Assembly: GCA_963675495.1 (NCBI GenBank)
Contig: OY776215.1
Location: 2,112,001-2,176,000, forward strand
DNA length: 64,000 nucleotides
Source: an uncultured Methanolobus sp.
Lineage (GTDB): Archaea; Halobacteriota; Methanosarcinia; Methanosarcinales; Methanosarcinaceae
Direction of reading: 5' to 3'
The notes beneath the pieces were generated by a model. The model made no database searches, was not told the origin of the DNA, and was given only the letters and a program-made list of their open reading frames with translations. Made by a program: the position numbers and the translations under genes. Numbering within the stretch: position 1 is the first letter of the stretch; every line of letters begins with the position of its first letter. Of the stretch, positions 48,737 through 58,468 are shown in pieces.

Positions 48737-50728
48737 ATGGCCACAAAAAAAGAAAGACTCGATTTTTCGGATGATGAGAGTGTTAACTCTCCAACTGTAG
48801 AAAATTCGGTACAAGAACTCGCCAATAAAATTCCTTTTAAAGATATTGAGCGTTCACAACCTTTTTTTGACCTTATGGATTCCTTTATACTTCTTATTGA
48901 TGAAAATAACCACATAATTCTGGCAAACAAAAAAGCACGAAAACTTATAGGTTTTGAGGATAAAGAAGTCACGAATATTAATTTTCCAGAGCTATGTATT
49001 CCAGAAGATGAAAAAGAAAATGTCCTTTCATTTTTCTCTTCTATTTTATCTGATGGTATAGTTGAATCTCAGGCTTTAGAAACATCAATAGTTGGTTTTG
49101 ATGGAAGTTCAAAGAGCTTCAGTATAAACACAAGTTTGTTGAAAGATACAATTTCTTCAGAAAAGGCACTTCTTTTATCCTGTGTGGCTATTTCAAAGGA
49201 AAAAGAGCCAGAATCACACCCACTCCCTGCTTCCGACTATATATTTACTCATCTGGATTCCATTCCTTATGCACTGGTACTTTCAGATTATAGGGGAATG
49301 ATCACTTTCTGGAACCGGAATGCAAGCATACTCTTTGGATATGAGGAGAGTGAGATACTCGGGAAACCGATAAGTCTCATAATGCCAAAACGATATCGTA
49401 AGGCACACGAAGGCTGGGATGAGCTTATTTCTATTGGTAAATCACCTGTGGTGGGTAAAATAATTGAAGTTACAGGTTTACGTAAAAACGGTACCGAATT
49501 CCCTATAGAATTAGCAATCACAACAACAAGGGTAAAAGGTGAGATTTTCCATGGCGCCATTCTCAATGATATCTCCAAAAGAAAAATGAAAGATAGATTG
49601 ATGACTATTTCCAAGAACAAATATCGTATGATGTTTGAAAAATCACCACTGGGTATTTTCCATTTTGATGAAAAAGGTGTAATAACCCAGTGTAATGAAA
49701 ATTTAGTGAAGATCATGGGTGTTCCTGAAGAAAGTGTTATTTCCACGATCATCGGTTTTAATATCGTAGAATCATTTAATGATGATAACTCCATCAAAAA
49801 AGCCATTAAGCAAGTACTAGCAGGGATTCCTGCAAGTTATGAAGATGATTTCTCTTCTCCTTTTTCTGAAAAGATAATTCCTATTAAAGCAGAATTCAGC
49901 CCCGTTATATCTGATGAGGGTAAGTTCATGGGTGGTGTATGTGCTGTTGAGGACTTTACTGAACGTAAAGTTGCAGAAAAAGCTCTTAATCAATATGCTG
50001 AGGACTTAGCACAGGCAAATGAGGAGTTAACATCCCTTGACCGGATGAAAGACGAATTCCTGTCCAATCTTAGACATGAACTAAAAACTCCACTTATCCC
50101 GATCAAAGGGTATAGTGAACTGATGTATGAGGGGTCACTGGGAGAACTGAACCAAAAGCAGAAAGATGCCATGGAAAAAGTAATGCTTAGTTCTGAAAGG
50201 CTAAAGAGGCTGATAGATTCCCTGCTTTATGTCAGTATCACCGAAGGTGGCAATGTCGAATACACTTTCCTCCCTCTGAGGATGTCTGAAGTAATAGATT
50301 CAGCGATACGTGACAGGTCTCCTGAGATTGCCAGTAAGAGGCATGAAATTGAAAGGTCCATTCCATCTGAACTACCGTTAATAGAGGGTGATCTGGAATA
50401 TCTTCAAGAAGTATTTGTGAATGTAATCGATAATTCAGTAAAGTTTACGCAGGAAGATGGGAAGATAGGGATATCTGTTGTTCTTGAGGAAGGTAAAAAG
50501 CTACACATAAAAGTTAGTGATGATGGCATAGGCATTTCTGAAGAAAATCTCCCACTGATATTTAATCGGTTCTATCAGGCTGACGGTTCATCGACCCGTA
50601 ATTATGGAGGCAATGGTCTTGGTCTCTATATATGCAAAAAGATAATTGTGGCTCATAATGGACAAATATGGGCTGAAAGCAGAGAGGGAGCAGGAACTGA
50701 TATTCACATACTTTTGCCTGTGAAATAA
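48737..50728 (+). CDS. cytoplasmic multi-PAS sensor histidine kinase
   Basis: Three PAS domains. H-box 'NLRHELKTPL', N-box 'NVIDNSVKF', G boxes 'DDGIG' and 'GNGLGL'. Confidence 0.92.
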   Translation: MATKKERLDFSDDESVNSPTVENSVQELANKIPFKDIERSQPFFDLMDSFILLIDENNHIILANKKARKLIGFEDKEVTNINFPELCIPEDEKENVLSFFSSILSDGIVESQALETSIVGFDGSSKSFSINTSLLKDTISSEKALLLSCVAISKEKEPESHPLPASDYIFTHLDSIPYALVLSDYRGMITFWNRNASILFGYEESEILGKPISLIMPKRYRKAHEGWDELISIGKSPVVGKIIEVTGLRKNGTEFPIELAITTTRVKGEIFHGAILNDISKRKMKDRLMTISKNKYRMMFEKSPLGIFHFDEKGVITQCNENLVKIMGVPEESVISTIIGFNIVESFNDDNSIKKAIKQVLAGIPASYEDDFSSPFSEKIIPIKAEFSPVISDEGKFMGGVCAVEDFTERKVAEKALNQYAEDLAQANEELTSLDRMKDEFLSNLRHELKTPLIPIKGYSELMYEGSLGELNQKQKDAMEKVMLSSERLKRLIDSLLYVSITEGGNVEYTFLPLRMSEVIDSAIRDRSPEIASKRHEIERSIPSELPLIEGDLEYLQEVFVNVIDNSVKFTQEDGKIGISVVLEEGKKLHIKVSDDGIGISEENLPLIFNRFYQADGSSTRNYGGNGLGLYICKKIIVAHNGQIWAESREGAGTDIHILLPVK

Positions 50729-50732
50729 TATT

Positions 50733-51431
50733 TTATTTAAAGAATTCCCAAAGAGTAATAAGCGACAGGGATGTCGTATTGATATCTCCCTCTTCTTTTC
50801 CCCATGAACCATTGTCGTTCATATGTGACAATATCCATTTGACAGGCACAACTGTCTCATCCTTATGCCCAGCAAGAAGAAGTGATTGGATCACAAGATT
50901 GCTTGTAGCAAGTGTTTTCCAGGCAGCCTCATTTTCCCTTTGTGAGATTATCCACCTTGCACGTTCGTCTATGAAATTACTGTAAGTGTTTTCACCTTCA
51001 AGTTTTGCCTGTTTTAAGAGGGCAGTGATTATGAGTGCGGTGGTTCCGGGATGTTCCCATTTAGGTCCATAGTTATCAACAAGCCACTGGCACCCTTCCT
51101 GATTATATGAGCTCATATCTGCAAGTGATATCAGTGCGTATACGGAGTCATATATATCATCATTCCACGATCTTTCGGATTGTTTTGAGAGCATCCATCT
51201 TTCAACTTCTGGAAAAATGGTGCCTGTAAGTGCAAGAACAGAAGCTGCACGTGCGGTATCCCGCAGGTCGAAGTCCCACGAGTCTCCGGTTTTTGAGCTT
51301 ACAAGTTTCTCCTTGTAGCCATTTTCCTCATTCCAGAGATGACTTGCCTGAACGATGCGCGCGAGATCTTTTACTCTTGATATCTTCTGTGAATACAGCC
51401 ATTTAAATGATGCTTCACTCTTAAAATCCAT
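50733..51431 (-). CDS. alpha/alpha-toroid protein with prenyltransferase/squalene-cyclase-like QW repeats
   Basis: Repeated 'W...Q....W', 'NDNGSWG...TT.L'. Start is probably ATG 51431 (MDFKSEAS); 51491 is also possible. Confidence 0.6.
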   Translation of the reverse strand: MDFKSEASFKWLYSQKISRVKDLARIVQASHLWNEENGYKEKLVSSKTGDSWDFDLRDTARAASVLALTGTIFPEVERWMLSKQSERSWNDDIYDSVYALISLADMSSYNQEGCQWLVDNYGPKWEHPGTTALIITALLKQAKLEGENTYSNFIDERARWIISQRENEAAWKTLATSNLVIQSLLLAGHKDETVVPVKWILSHMNDNGSWGKEEGDINTTSLSLITLWEFFK

Positions 51432-51653
51432 ACTGTTCTGATGGTCTGGACGTTTATTTATTTTTCTGCTTTCAATCCATTCTGTGCCCATGACGTTCTT
51501 CGTACTCTTTTAGTCCCTGATGCCATTTTTGTCGACTTCCTCATGGCTTCCAATTTTTGTATGTAAATGTCTGTTTTTTTGTGAGAGATATTAATTGAGG
51601 GGTGAAGAAAAGAAAATTCTTTCAGAACCCTGTTTGAAGAAGGAAATGATCTA

Positions 51654-51693
51654 GTAAAAAAGAAAACAAAAAATGGAAGGGAAATTCCCTTCC
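51654..51693 (-). terminator. terminator after the Mrp gene
   Basis: Perfect inverted repeat GGAAGGGAA-A-TTCCCTTCC (51675-51693) followed by long T-tracts on the minus strand. Confidence 0.6.
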
Positions 51694-51712
51694 TGTGTAT
51701 AGGTCTTTTAAA

Positions 51713-52546
51713 TCACTTTTTGAATTGTTCTACAGAATCAACAATTGCAGCAAAGCTCTTGCCCCAGAGCATATCTTCATTGATGTCTGTGTAAACATTT
51801 CCATTGTCCTCTATTTCTGCAATTTTCGGGTCCATAGGGAGTTCACCAAGAACATTCACATTAAAGTCCTTTGCAGCTTTCTCAACTCCGCCCTTGCCGA
51901 ATAGGTCTATCATCTCATCACAGTGAGGGCAAACGATGCCACTCATGTTCTCAACAATACCAATTACGGGTATTTTGAGTATCTCTGCGAACTTGATGGA
52001 TTTCCTCACACTAATAAGTGCCACATCCTGTGGGGTTGTTACAACAACAGCACCTTCCATTTTCTCTATCAACTGCGCAATACTGAGTGGTTCATCACCA
52101 GTGCCAGGTGGCAGGTCTACGATAAGATAGTCAAGTTTTCCCCAAGAAACATCCTCAAGGAACTGTTTGATAGCTGCCATCTTTGCAGGACCTCTCCATA
52201 TCACAGGTGCGTCCTTATCCTCAAGAAGAAGTGCTACTGACATCACAGTAAGGTTTTCTGCAACACTTATGGGCACAATGCCATTCTCATCAACTGTAGG
52301 CTTCTCATTTTCAATACCAAACATCTTTGGAATGCTTGGTCCGTGAATATCTGCATCCAGAAGTCCTACTTTCTGTCCGCGTTCTGCAAGCCTTGCAGCC
52401 AGATTTGCTGCCACTGTGCTTTTGCCGACTCCACCTTTACCGCTCATAACCATTATTTTCTTTTTGATGGCTCTCATGTTCTTAACGAGCTTTGGTTCTT
52501 CTGGCTTCTTTAAAAGGTCTTCTGCACTCTGGATATTTTGTGTCAT
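51713..52546 (-). CDS. Mrp/NBP35 (ApbC) Fe-S carrier ATPase
   Basis: 'SGKGGVGKST', 'DADIHGPS', 'WRGP', 'DLPPGTGD', 'ENMS...CPHC'. Confidence 0.95.
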   Translation of the reverse strand: MTQNIQSAEDLLKKPEEPKLVKNMRAIKKKIMVMSGKGGVGKSTVAANLAARLAERGQKVGLLDADIHGPSIPKMFGIENEKPTVDENGIVPISVAENLTVMSVALLLEDKDAPVIWRGPAKMAAIKQFLEDVSWGKLDYLIVDLPPGTGDEPLSIAQLIEKMEGAVVVTTPQDVALISVRKSIKFAEILKIPVIGIVENMSGIVCPHCDEMIDLFGKGGVEKAAKDFNVNVLGELPMDPKIAEIEDNGNVYTDINEDMLWGKSFAAIVDSVEQFKK

Positions 52547-52613
52547 GTTGTTTCGCCTTTAGCAATATTCTTTTTTGAGCAATTTTATTGAACTAACAAA
52601 TGTAGTGCAGCAA

Positions 52614-52919
52614 TTATTCCATATCTTTTGGATCATTGCCGACGATTTCTATGGCTTTGCCTTCAATAAGGGCAGAAGCCACTTTTTTTCTTGCATTCTG
52701 AAGATCCTGCCAGAAAGCACGTCTCGAAATACCCATGCTGATAGCGGCCTCTTCCTGCTGTAATCCTTCTAGGTCTGCCAGTCGCAGAGCTTCAAGTTCC
52801 TCTATTGGGAGGGCTACTGTTTCAAGCTCCTGAAGTGGTATTCCACGTGGTTTAAAATAAAGTGCCTCTGGTGAGCATTCAACTCTTCTGGGTGATTTAG
52901 GTCTTCCTCTGCAAGTCAT
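52614..52919 (-). CDS. DUF134 family predicted DNA-binding protein
   Basis: 'GRPK..R', 'FKPRG', '[20 protein letters not shown]', 'ARKKVA.AL.EG'. Confidence 0.9.
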   Translation of the reverse strand: MTCRGRPKSPRRVECSPEALYFKPRGIPLQELETVALPIEELEALRLADLEGLQQEEAAISMGISRRAFWQDLQNARKKVASALIEGKAIEIVGNDPKDME

Positions 52920-53009
52920 TGTTACACACTCATTAAATGATGTAGTATTTATAAGTTTTTGGAAATCTTTATGTATTTATTCTCATGTGTGGCAAAATCC
53001 AAAAAATCC

Positions 53010-53807
53010 TCATACAAAATACGCGAGTATGCTGAGAATTCCAAGAACAATGCAGAATTTTGAAAAATCAAATTTTTTGGCTACTTTAATGAAAACATCG
53101 ATGGTTAGTATCCCAAATAAGAATGCGAAGAACAGTGCCAATAATGAGTTCAGGTCAAAGCTTAGCAGTCCCATTGCACCGATTCCTACATCAGCAGCAA
53201 GAACTGCAGGTATGCTCATTAGAAAACTGAGTCTCAGGGCCTGTGAAGCTTCTATGTCCCGCAGGAGCAGTGTTGATACGGTTATGCCTGATCTGCTTAC
53301 TCCCGGAAGTGCGGCAAATCCCTGAGCAATTCCTGCGATAATAGAATCCACGATAACCGGTTGTTCTCTCTTCTCTGTTCTCTTTGAGGCAGATATCTGC
53401 AACAAGCCTGTGATTATGAGGAGTCCTCCGATAAAAGCGGTTGCAAGTTTGCCGGAGAATTCTTCCATTCCAGTTGCAAAGAGAATAAGCGGCAATCCAA
53501 TTATTCCGGTTATGGCCGTTGCTATCAGTAGGAATGTTATAATACTGTTCTTTTTTTCCTGGACATCCCTGTTTTTAAGATAATGTGGTATTTCGTTCAT
53601 TATCTCTTTGATATCAGTCCTGAAATAGACAGCAGCTGAAAGAAGGGTTCCTGTGTGTAACCATATAGCTATGGGAAGAGCATCTGCAAGTGTTCTGTCA
53701 AATACGTTGATCATAACAAGAGTTGTCATTCCCTCACTGCTTATTGGAAGCCACTCTGCTACTCCCTGAACTATCCCAAGTATGATTGCCTCAAAAATTG
53801 TTAACAT
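53010..53807 (-). CDS. uppP: undecaprenyl/polyprenyl-diphosphate phosphatase (BacA)
   Basis: 'GIVQG..EWLPISSEG', 'PGVSRSG.T', 'SFLMSIP'. Confidence 0.9.
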   Translation of the reverse strand: MLTIFEAIILGIVQGVAEWLPISSEGMTTLVMINVFDRTLADALPIAIWLHTGTLLSAAVYFRTDIKEIMNEIPHYLKNRDVQEKKNSIITFLLIATAITGIIGLPLILFATGMEEFSGKLATAFIGGLLIITGLLQISASKRTEKREQPVIVDSIIAGIAQGFAALPGVSRSGITVSTLLLRDIEASQALRLSFLMSIPAVLAADVGIGAMGLLSFDLNSLLALFFAFLFGILTIDVFIKVAKKFDFSKFCIVLGILSILAYFV

Positions 53808-53962
53808 TCAATGCCACTTTGTCTTTGTTGTATATATAGGGGGTGGTTATTTTGTTTTTTATTTCTCCAATGGGAGTAAATATATAAAACTAACTGGTCA
53901 CCTTTATATATTTGTACTCATATGTGTGTATATTCAGTGATTGGGTGTATAGGAGAATATCA

Positions 53963-54325
53963 ATGAAAATATGTGTGACAGCAAACGATTCTGGTTTGGA
54001 AGCATCAGTTACCCCTCATTTTGGCAGGTGCAAATACTTTGTGATAGTTGATCCTGACTCAATGGAAGCTGAATCTATTGAGAATGGAAATGGTTCTGCT
54101 ACCGGCGGCGCAGGCGTTCAGGCGGCACAGCAGGTGATTAGTAAAGGTATAGACGCATTGATCACCGGTAGTGTTGGTCCTAATGCTTTCTCCCTACTAT
54201 CATCTGAGAATGTTGAAATGAAAATATTCTCTTCTGGCTCAGTTCTTGAAGCTATTAAGTCCTATAGGTCGGATTCGCTGGATAGTATCGAAGCTGCAAA
54301 CTCTCCTGGCAAGCACGGAAGATAA
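53963..54325 (+). CDS. NifB/NifX-family Fe-Mo-cofactor-binding protein
   Basis: 'HFGRC.YF', 'GGAG..AA', 'G.VGPNA'. ATG at 53963. Confidence 0.9.
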   Translation: MKICVTANDSGLEASVTPHFGRCKYFVIVDPDSMEAESIENGNGSATGGAGVQAAQQVISKGIDALITGSVGPNAFSLLSSENVEMKIFSSGSVLEAIKSYRSDSLDSIEAANSPGKHGR

Positions 54326-54401
54326 GTTCTGATTTGGGTGTTTACCATTTTTTAACAACACCATTACAATATTTAAAGCTAATAATATCAGAGGTATAAA
54401 G

Positions 54402-54785
54402 ATGAAATTATGTATACCCTCAATGGGACAGAATGGAATTGAAGAGACAGTTGGCCAGCACTTTGGAAAGGTGCCTTTTTACACATTGTACGACACAGAA
54501 ACAAAAGAAGCTTCAGTTCTTCCAAACACAAGTGAGCACAACGGTGGCATAGGTCTACCTCCTGAGCTCATGGCAAAGGAAGGCGTAGACATTATGCTTT
54601 GTGGCGGTCTTGGTAAAAAAGCTGTAGATATGTTCGAGCAGGCTGGTATTGCGGTATTCAGTGGTGCCACTGGCACAGTTCAGAATGCTATTGATGCCTG
54701 GGAATCTTCTAAGCTTGCAAAGGCCACACGGGATAATTCATGCAGCGGACATGGTCACGATGATGACCACGTGCACTGCCATTAA
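54402..54785 (+). CDS. NifB/NifX-family protein with His/Cys-rich C-terminus
   Basis: 'QHFGK.P', 'CGGLG', C-terminal 'CSGHGHDDDHVHCH'. Confidence 0.9.
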   Translation: MKLCIPSMGQNGIEETVGQHFGKVPFYTLYDTETKEASVLPNTSEHNGGIGLPPELMAKEGVDIMLCGGLGKKAVDMFEQAGIAVFSGATGTVQNAIDAWESSKLAKATRDNSCSGHGHDDDHVHCH

Positions 54786-54807
54786 TTTTTTATTTGGTGT
54801 ATAATAC

Positions 54808-55668
54808 ATGAAAATAGCTATCGCAAGTGGCAAGGGCGGGACTGGAAAGACGACAGTGGCTGTTAATCTAGCGCTTTCTCTTGGGAATGTACAACTGCTG
54901 GATTGTGATGTGGAAGAACCCAATTGCAATCTCTTTCTTGGATTTGACCTTGAAAAGCAGGAAGATGTTACTACAAAAGTTCCTGAGATTGATTCGAGAA
55001 AGTGTTCCCTTTGCGGCAAATGCGCAGAGTTCTGCCAGTACAATGCGATAGCTAAGTTACCTGATAGTGTCATGTTCTTTCCGAAATTATGCCATGGATG
55101 TGGTGGCTGTGCTCTTGTTTGTCCTGAAAAAGCCATTACGGAGAAAAAACGTTCAATAGGTGTTATTGAAAAAGGTACGAACGAGCAGTTTGATATTGAA
55201 CTTTTGCAAGGTACTCTTAATATTGGTGAAGCCATGGCCTCACCTGTCATCAGGCAGTTGCAAACACACATGGATGAAAGCACGGTTGCAGTTATCGACT
55301 CTCCTCCGGGGACAGCCTGTCCTGTCATAGCATCCGTTTCGGACATGGATTATTGTGTGCTTGTAACAGAGCCAACTCCTTTTGGTCTTAATGATCTTGT
55401 CCTTGCAGTGGATGTTATAAGGCAACTGAGCATTCCTTTCGGGGTCATTATAAACAGACATGGCCTGGGGGATAGCAGGGTCGAGGAATATTGCCGTGTT
55501 GAAAGTATACCGATTCTGATGAAGATCCCATACATTCGGGAAATAGCCGTTCTTTACTCAAAAGGTATCCCTTTTGTGGAACACATGCCAGCATGGCGAG
55601 CGAACTTCCGGGAAATGTACCGGGATATATGTGAGTTTATTCCATGTAGGGAGTTGCATCAATGCTAA
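54808..55668 (+). CDS. MinD-superfamily P-loop ATPase with inserted 2[4Fe-4S] ferredoxin domain
   Basis: 'SGKGGTGKTT', 'DCDVEEPN', CxxCxxCxxxC twice, 'DSPPGTAC', 'EPTPFG'. Confidence 0.92.
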   Translation: MKIAIASGKGGTGKTTVAVNLALSLGNVQLLDCDVEEPNCNLFLGFDLEKQEDVTTKVPEIDSRKCSLCGKCAEFCQYNAIAKLPDSVMFFPKLCHGCGGCALVCPEKAITEKKRSIGVIEKGTNEQFDIELLQGTLNIGEAMASPVIRQLQTHMDESTVAVIDSPPGTACPVIASVSDMDYCVLVTEPTPFGLNDLVLAVDVIRQLSIPFGVIINRHGLGDSRVEEYCRVESIPILMKIPYIREIAVLYSKGIPFVEHMPAWRANFREMYRDICEFIPCRELHQC

Positions 55669-56528
55669 AACAGCTCACGGTTATCAGTGGTAAAGGTGGT
55701 ACAGGTAAGACCACTATCACATCTTCTTTCGCCGCGCTCGCTGAAAATGCGATAATTGCAGATTGTGACGTTGATGCTGCGGACATGCACCTGATCTTAC
55801 AGCCTGAAACATTTGAAATGACTGATTTCTATGGGCTGAAAGTTGCACACATCAACAAAGAATTATGCACTGATTGTGGCGTCTGCGCCAGTTCATGCAG
55901 GTTCGGTGCCATTGATAAGTTTAATGTTGTTGACACGTGCAAATGTGAAGGTTGTGCGGTCTGTGAATTTGTTTGTCCTGAAAATGCCATAAGCATGGTT
56001 GAGAAAAAAGCAGGTGAATATTACTGTTCTAACACACGATTTGGTCCATTGGTTCATGCAAAGCTTGGGGCCGGAGAGGAGGCCAGTGGCAAGTTAGTCT
56101 CAGATGTGAGGCAAAGAGCCTCAGAACTTGCATTGGAACGTGGTATGAATACGGTCATCATCGATGGTCCACCGGGAACAGGATGCTCTGTGATTGCTGC
56201 AATAACAGGTGCAGATCTTGTTCTTATTGTAACTGAGCCAACGATCTCGGGGATACATGATCTTGAAAGGGTTGTCCAGGTAGCACAACACTTCAGGATT
56301 CCTGTTCTGGTCTGTATCAATAAATGCGATATCAATATGGAGCTATCACAGGCAATCTCTGTTTATTGTAAGGACAACGAAATAACTGTTGCAGGAATGC
56401 TCCCCTATGACAAAAGTCCTGTTGACGCAATGATTGATGGGAAATCTGTTGTAGAGTATATTGATAATGATTTTTCCTCTAATATTCGGTCTTTGTGGAC
56501 AGAAGTCAATTCAAGGCTGTCAAAGTGA
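55662..56528 (+). CDS. second MinD-superfamily P-loop ATPase with ferredoxin insert
   Basis: 'SGKGGTGKTT', 'DCDVDA', CxxCxxCxxxC twice, 'EASGKLV', 'DGPPG.GC'. Overlaps the preceding gene. Confidence 0.92.
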   Translation: MLKQLTVISGKGGTGKTTITSSFAALAENAIIADCDVDAADMHLILQPETFEMTDFYGLKVAHINKELCTDCGVCASSCRFGAIDKFNVVDTCKCEGCAVCEFVCPENAISMVEKKAGEYYCSNTRFGPLVHAKLGAGEEASGKLVSDVRQRASELALERGMNTVIIDGPPGTGCSVIAAITGADLVLIVTEPTISGIHDLERVVQVAQHFRIPVLVCINKCDINMELSQAISVYCKDNEITVAGMLPYDKSPVDAMIDGKSVVEYIDNDFSSNIRSLWTEVNSRLSK

Positions 56529-56681
56529 ATATCAAATTCAAAAAAAGATCAGTAGCAGAAAATCCTTTCAATTTTAATTTTAGAACTTGAATGGCAGTTT
56601 ATACTTATTATAATAAAAAATCATTAGGAATAATGAATACGTTTTTATTAGATAGCACCAGATTTCTATTTGGGTGTTATT

Positions 56682-56867
56682 ATGGTTCACGCTACAAACG
56701 GTAATGTGGGCACATTTGCTCATATACTACAGTCCTTGCCGGATTACTCGGAGTTGCTCATAGCACTTTTGATATTGATCCTGCTGTTGGTCTCAGTGGA
56801 TGAAATTGTAGACTGCATTTATATGGTGAGGGAGTTTTTCACTTTCAGAGGGATGCCTTTCAGTTAA
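56682..56867 (+). CDS. small putative membrane protein
   Basis: ATG at 56682 after GGGTG. One strongly hydrophobic segment (LLIALLILILLLVSV). Confidence 0.4.
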   Translation: MVHATNGNVGTFAHILQSLPDYSELLIALLILILLLVSVDEIVDCIYMVREFFTFRGMPFS

Positions 56868-58279
56868 TTCTGCTTATTTTTGAAGGGTGCCCAAGGAAGG
56901 ACGCACATGGGGCATTCGGGTCCATATCCTGCAGCCGCATATCCTGTCATGCCACCTGCAACATTTTGTACTTCAGTGAATCCTTTTTGCAGGAGAATAC
57001 TGCATCCCATGCTCGATCTTTGACCTGAGCCACATATAATTATGGTTTCGGTATCATCATCAATCTCAGTATGCCGCTCCCTTAATTCGTGTACGGGTAT
57101 ATTTACAGCTCCCTGGATGTGGAATTCTTTATATTCAGAGGCCGCTCTAACATCCAGCAGGGTCATTTTTTTTCCGTTATTTATTCGGCTGTTCAGCTCA
57201 GAAGAGGATATCTGTGGAACGTGTTTTGTAGGTAGGCCATCTGTTACCCATCCGTACATGCCATCCTCAAGGTAGCCTGTTATCCTGTCCTGCCCTACTC
57301 TATGCAGTTGAGTGCATGCATCAATTGCCCTTGAATAATTATCTGAGACTATCAATATGTCTTTTTCAGGGGGCAGTAACCATCCTGCGTAAGTGGGAAA
57401 ATTTGAATTGCTGTCTATATTATAGGCCCGTGGTATGTGTTGTCCGCCAAAGGACTCAAAACTACGTACATCAAGAATGACTGCATCTTTCATTTTTTCC
57501 CAAAATTGTTTATTGTCCAATGCTTCGGGGATAGGAAGCTCTTTCATTTTTTCGGGTCCTGCCCGATTTACCTTGGTGCATCGGCTGAAATGGTCTGGTG
57601 CGTCAGGCATGTTGTTTGTAAGAGAATCAACAAAGTCTGCTCTTTCATTGATACTTAGTGCATAGTTGTATTTTTTTTCATAGCCAAGGGTACTACTTCT
57701 CTTGGCTGCCATTGCTCTTCCGCAGAGTGATCCTGCGCCATGTGCCGGGTATATCTCGCAGAAATCGGGCAATTTAAGAAGTTTCTCATGCAAAGTATCA
57801 TACAATTTTGATGCAAGTTCCTCTGCTCTTCCTGGGAAGAGGTCCGGTCTACCTACATCTCCCACAAACATGGTGTCTCCGCAGAATAATGCTATTGGCT
57901 CTTCACCTCTTGAAGTGTCAGTGACTACGTACGATATGTGCTCGGGTGTGTGCCCCGGTGTCTCCAGAATATCCAGCTTAATATTCTCTATGGAAAAAGA
58001 GTCTCCTTCTGAGAGTGTAATTGATTCAAAATCACAACTTGCTGACCTTGGTGTATATATTGTAGCTCCTGTTCTATGTGCAAGGTCTATATGGCCTGAA
58101 ATAAAATCGGCATGTAAATGGGTCTCAAGGATGTGTGTTATCTTGACTCCGAGCTCTCTAGTTAAATCCAGATATATTTCGATGTCTCTTCTTGGATCAA
58201 TGACTGCACAGGTTTTATCTCCTGCCAGTATGTAGGAACTGTGGGCTATTTTTTCAGTGAATATTTGTTGTATTAGCAT
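56864..58279 (-). CDS. MBL-fold hydrolase fused to two rhodanese domains (CstB/persulfide-dioxygenase-like)
   Basis: 'ETHLHADF', 'TPGHT', 'GDVGRPDL', 'HGAGSLCG'. Rhodanese 'DVR', 'HI.GA', active-site 'ICGSGQRS'. Confidence 0.9.
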   Translation of the reverse strand: MLIQQIFTEKIAHSSYILAGDKTCAVIDPRRDIEIYLDLTRELGVKITHILETHLHADFISGHIDLAHRTGATIYTPRSASCDFESITLSEGDSFSIENIKLDILETPGHTPEHISYVVTDTSRGEEPIALFCGDTMFVGDVGRPDLFPGRAEELASKLYDTLHEKLLKLPDFCEIYPAHGAGSLCGRAMAAKRSSTLGYEKKYNYALSINERADFVDSLTNNMPDAPDHFSRCTKVNRAGPEKMKELPIPEALDNKQFWEKMKDAVILDVRSFESFGGQHIPRAYNIDSNSNFPTYAGWLLPPEKDILIVSDNYSRAIDACTQLHRVGQDRITGYLEDGMYGWVTDGLPTKHVPQISSSELNSRINNGKKMTLLDVRAASEYKEFHIQGAVNIPVHELRERHTEIDDDTETIIICGSGQRSSMGCSILLQKGFTEVQNVAGGMTGYAAAGYGPECPMCVLPWAPFKNKQN

Positions 58280-58388
58280 TTTTAACCCCTGATTAAATCT
58301 TGATTATATGTACAAATATATTTCTGGTTATTCTTTTATTTTGTCTGTAACTGTTGGATGTAACTTGCTCGGAAGATCAGTTCAATAG

Positions 58389-58403
58389 TTGGGTACACTC
58401 CAA
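58389..58403. promoter_or_regulatory. putative DtxR-family operator (TTGG-N7-CCAA)
   Basis: TTGG-GTACACT-CCAA upstream of the DtxR gene. Same geometry as the site at 58912. Confidence 0.5.
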
Positions 58404-58468
58404 AAATAATGAATAATTTTGACTTATATTCAAAAGGTATATATACTGTTTCTTTATTATGGAATATC

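Noticed and set aside
51675-51693. Two overlapping GGAA-N6-TTCC NrpR-operator matches
   Set aside because: They arise from a single perfect inverted repeat followed by T-tracts right after mrp. A terminator is the simpler explanation and no nitrogen gene is downstream.
53911-53936. CATATG-centred imperfect palindrome upstream of the nifX operon as a DUF134 site
   Set aside because: Symmetry is too weak beyond 6 bp and I found no second copy.
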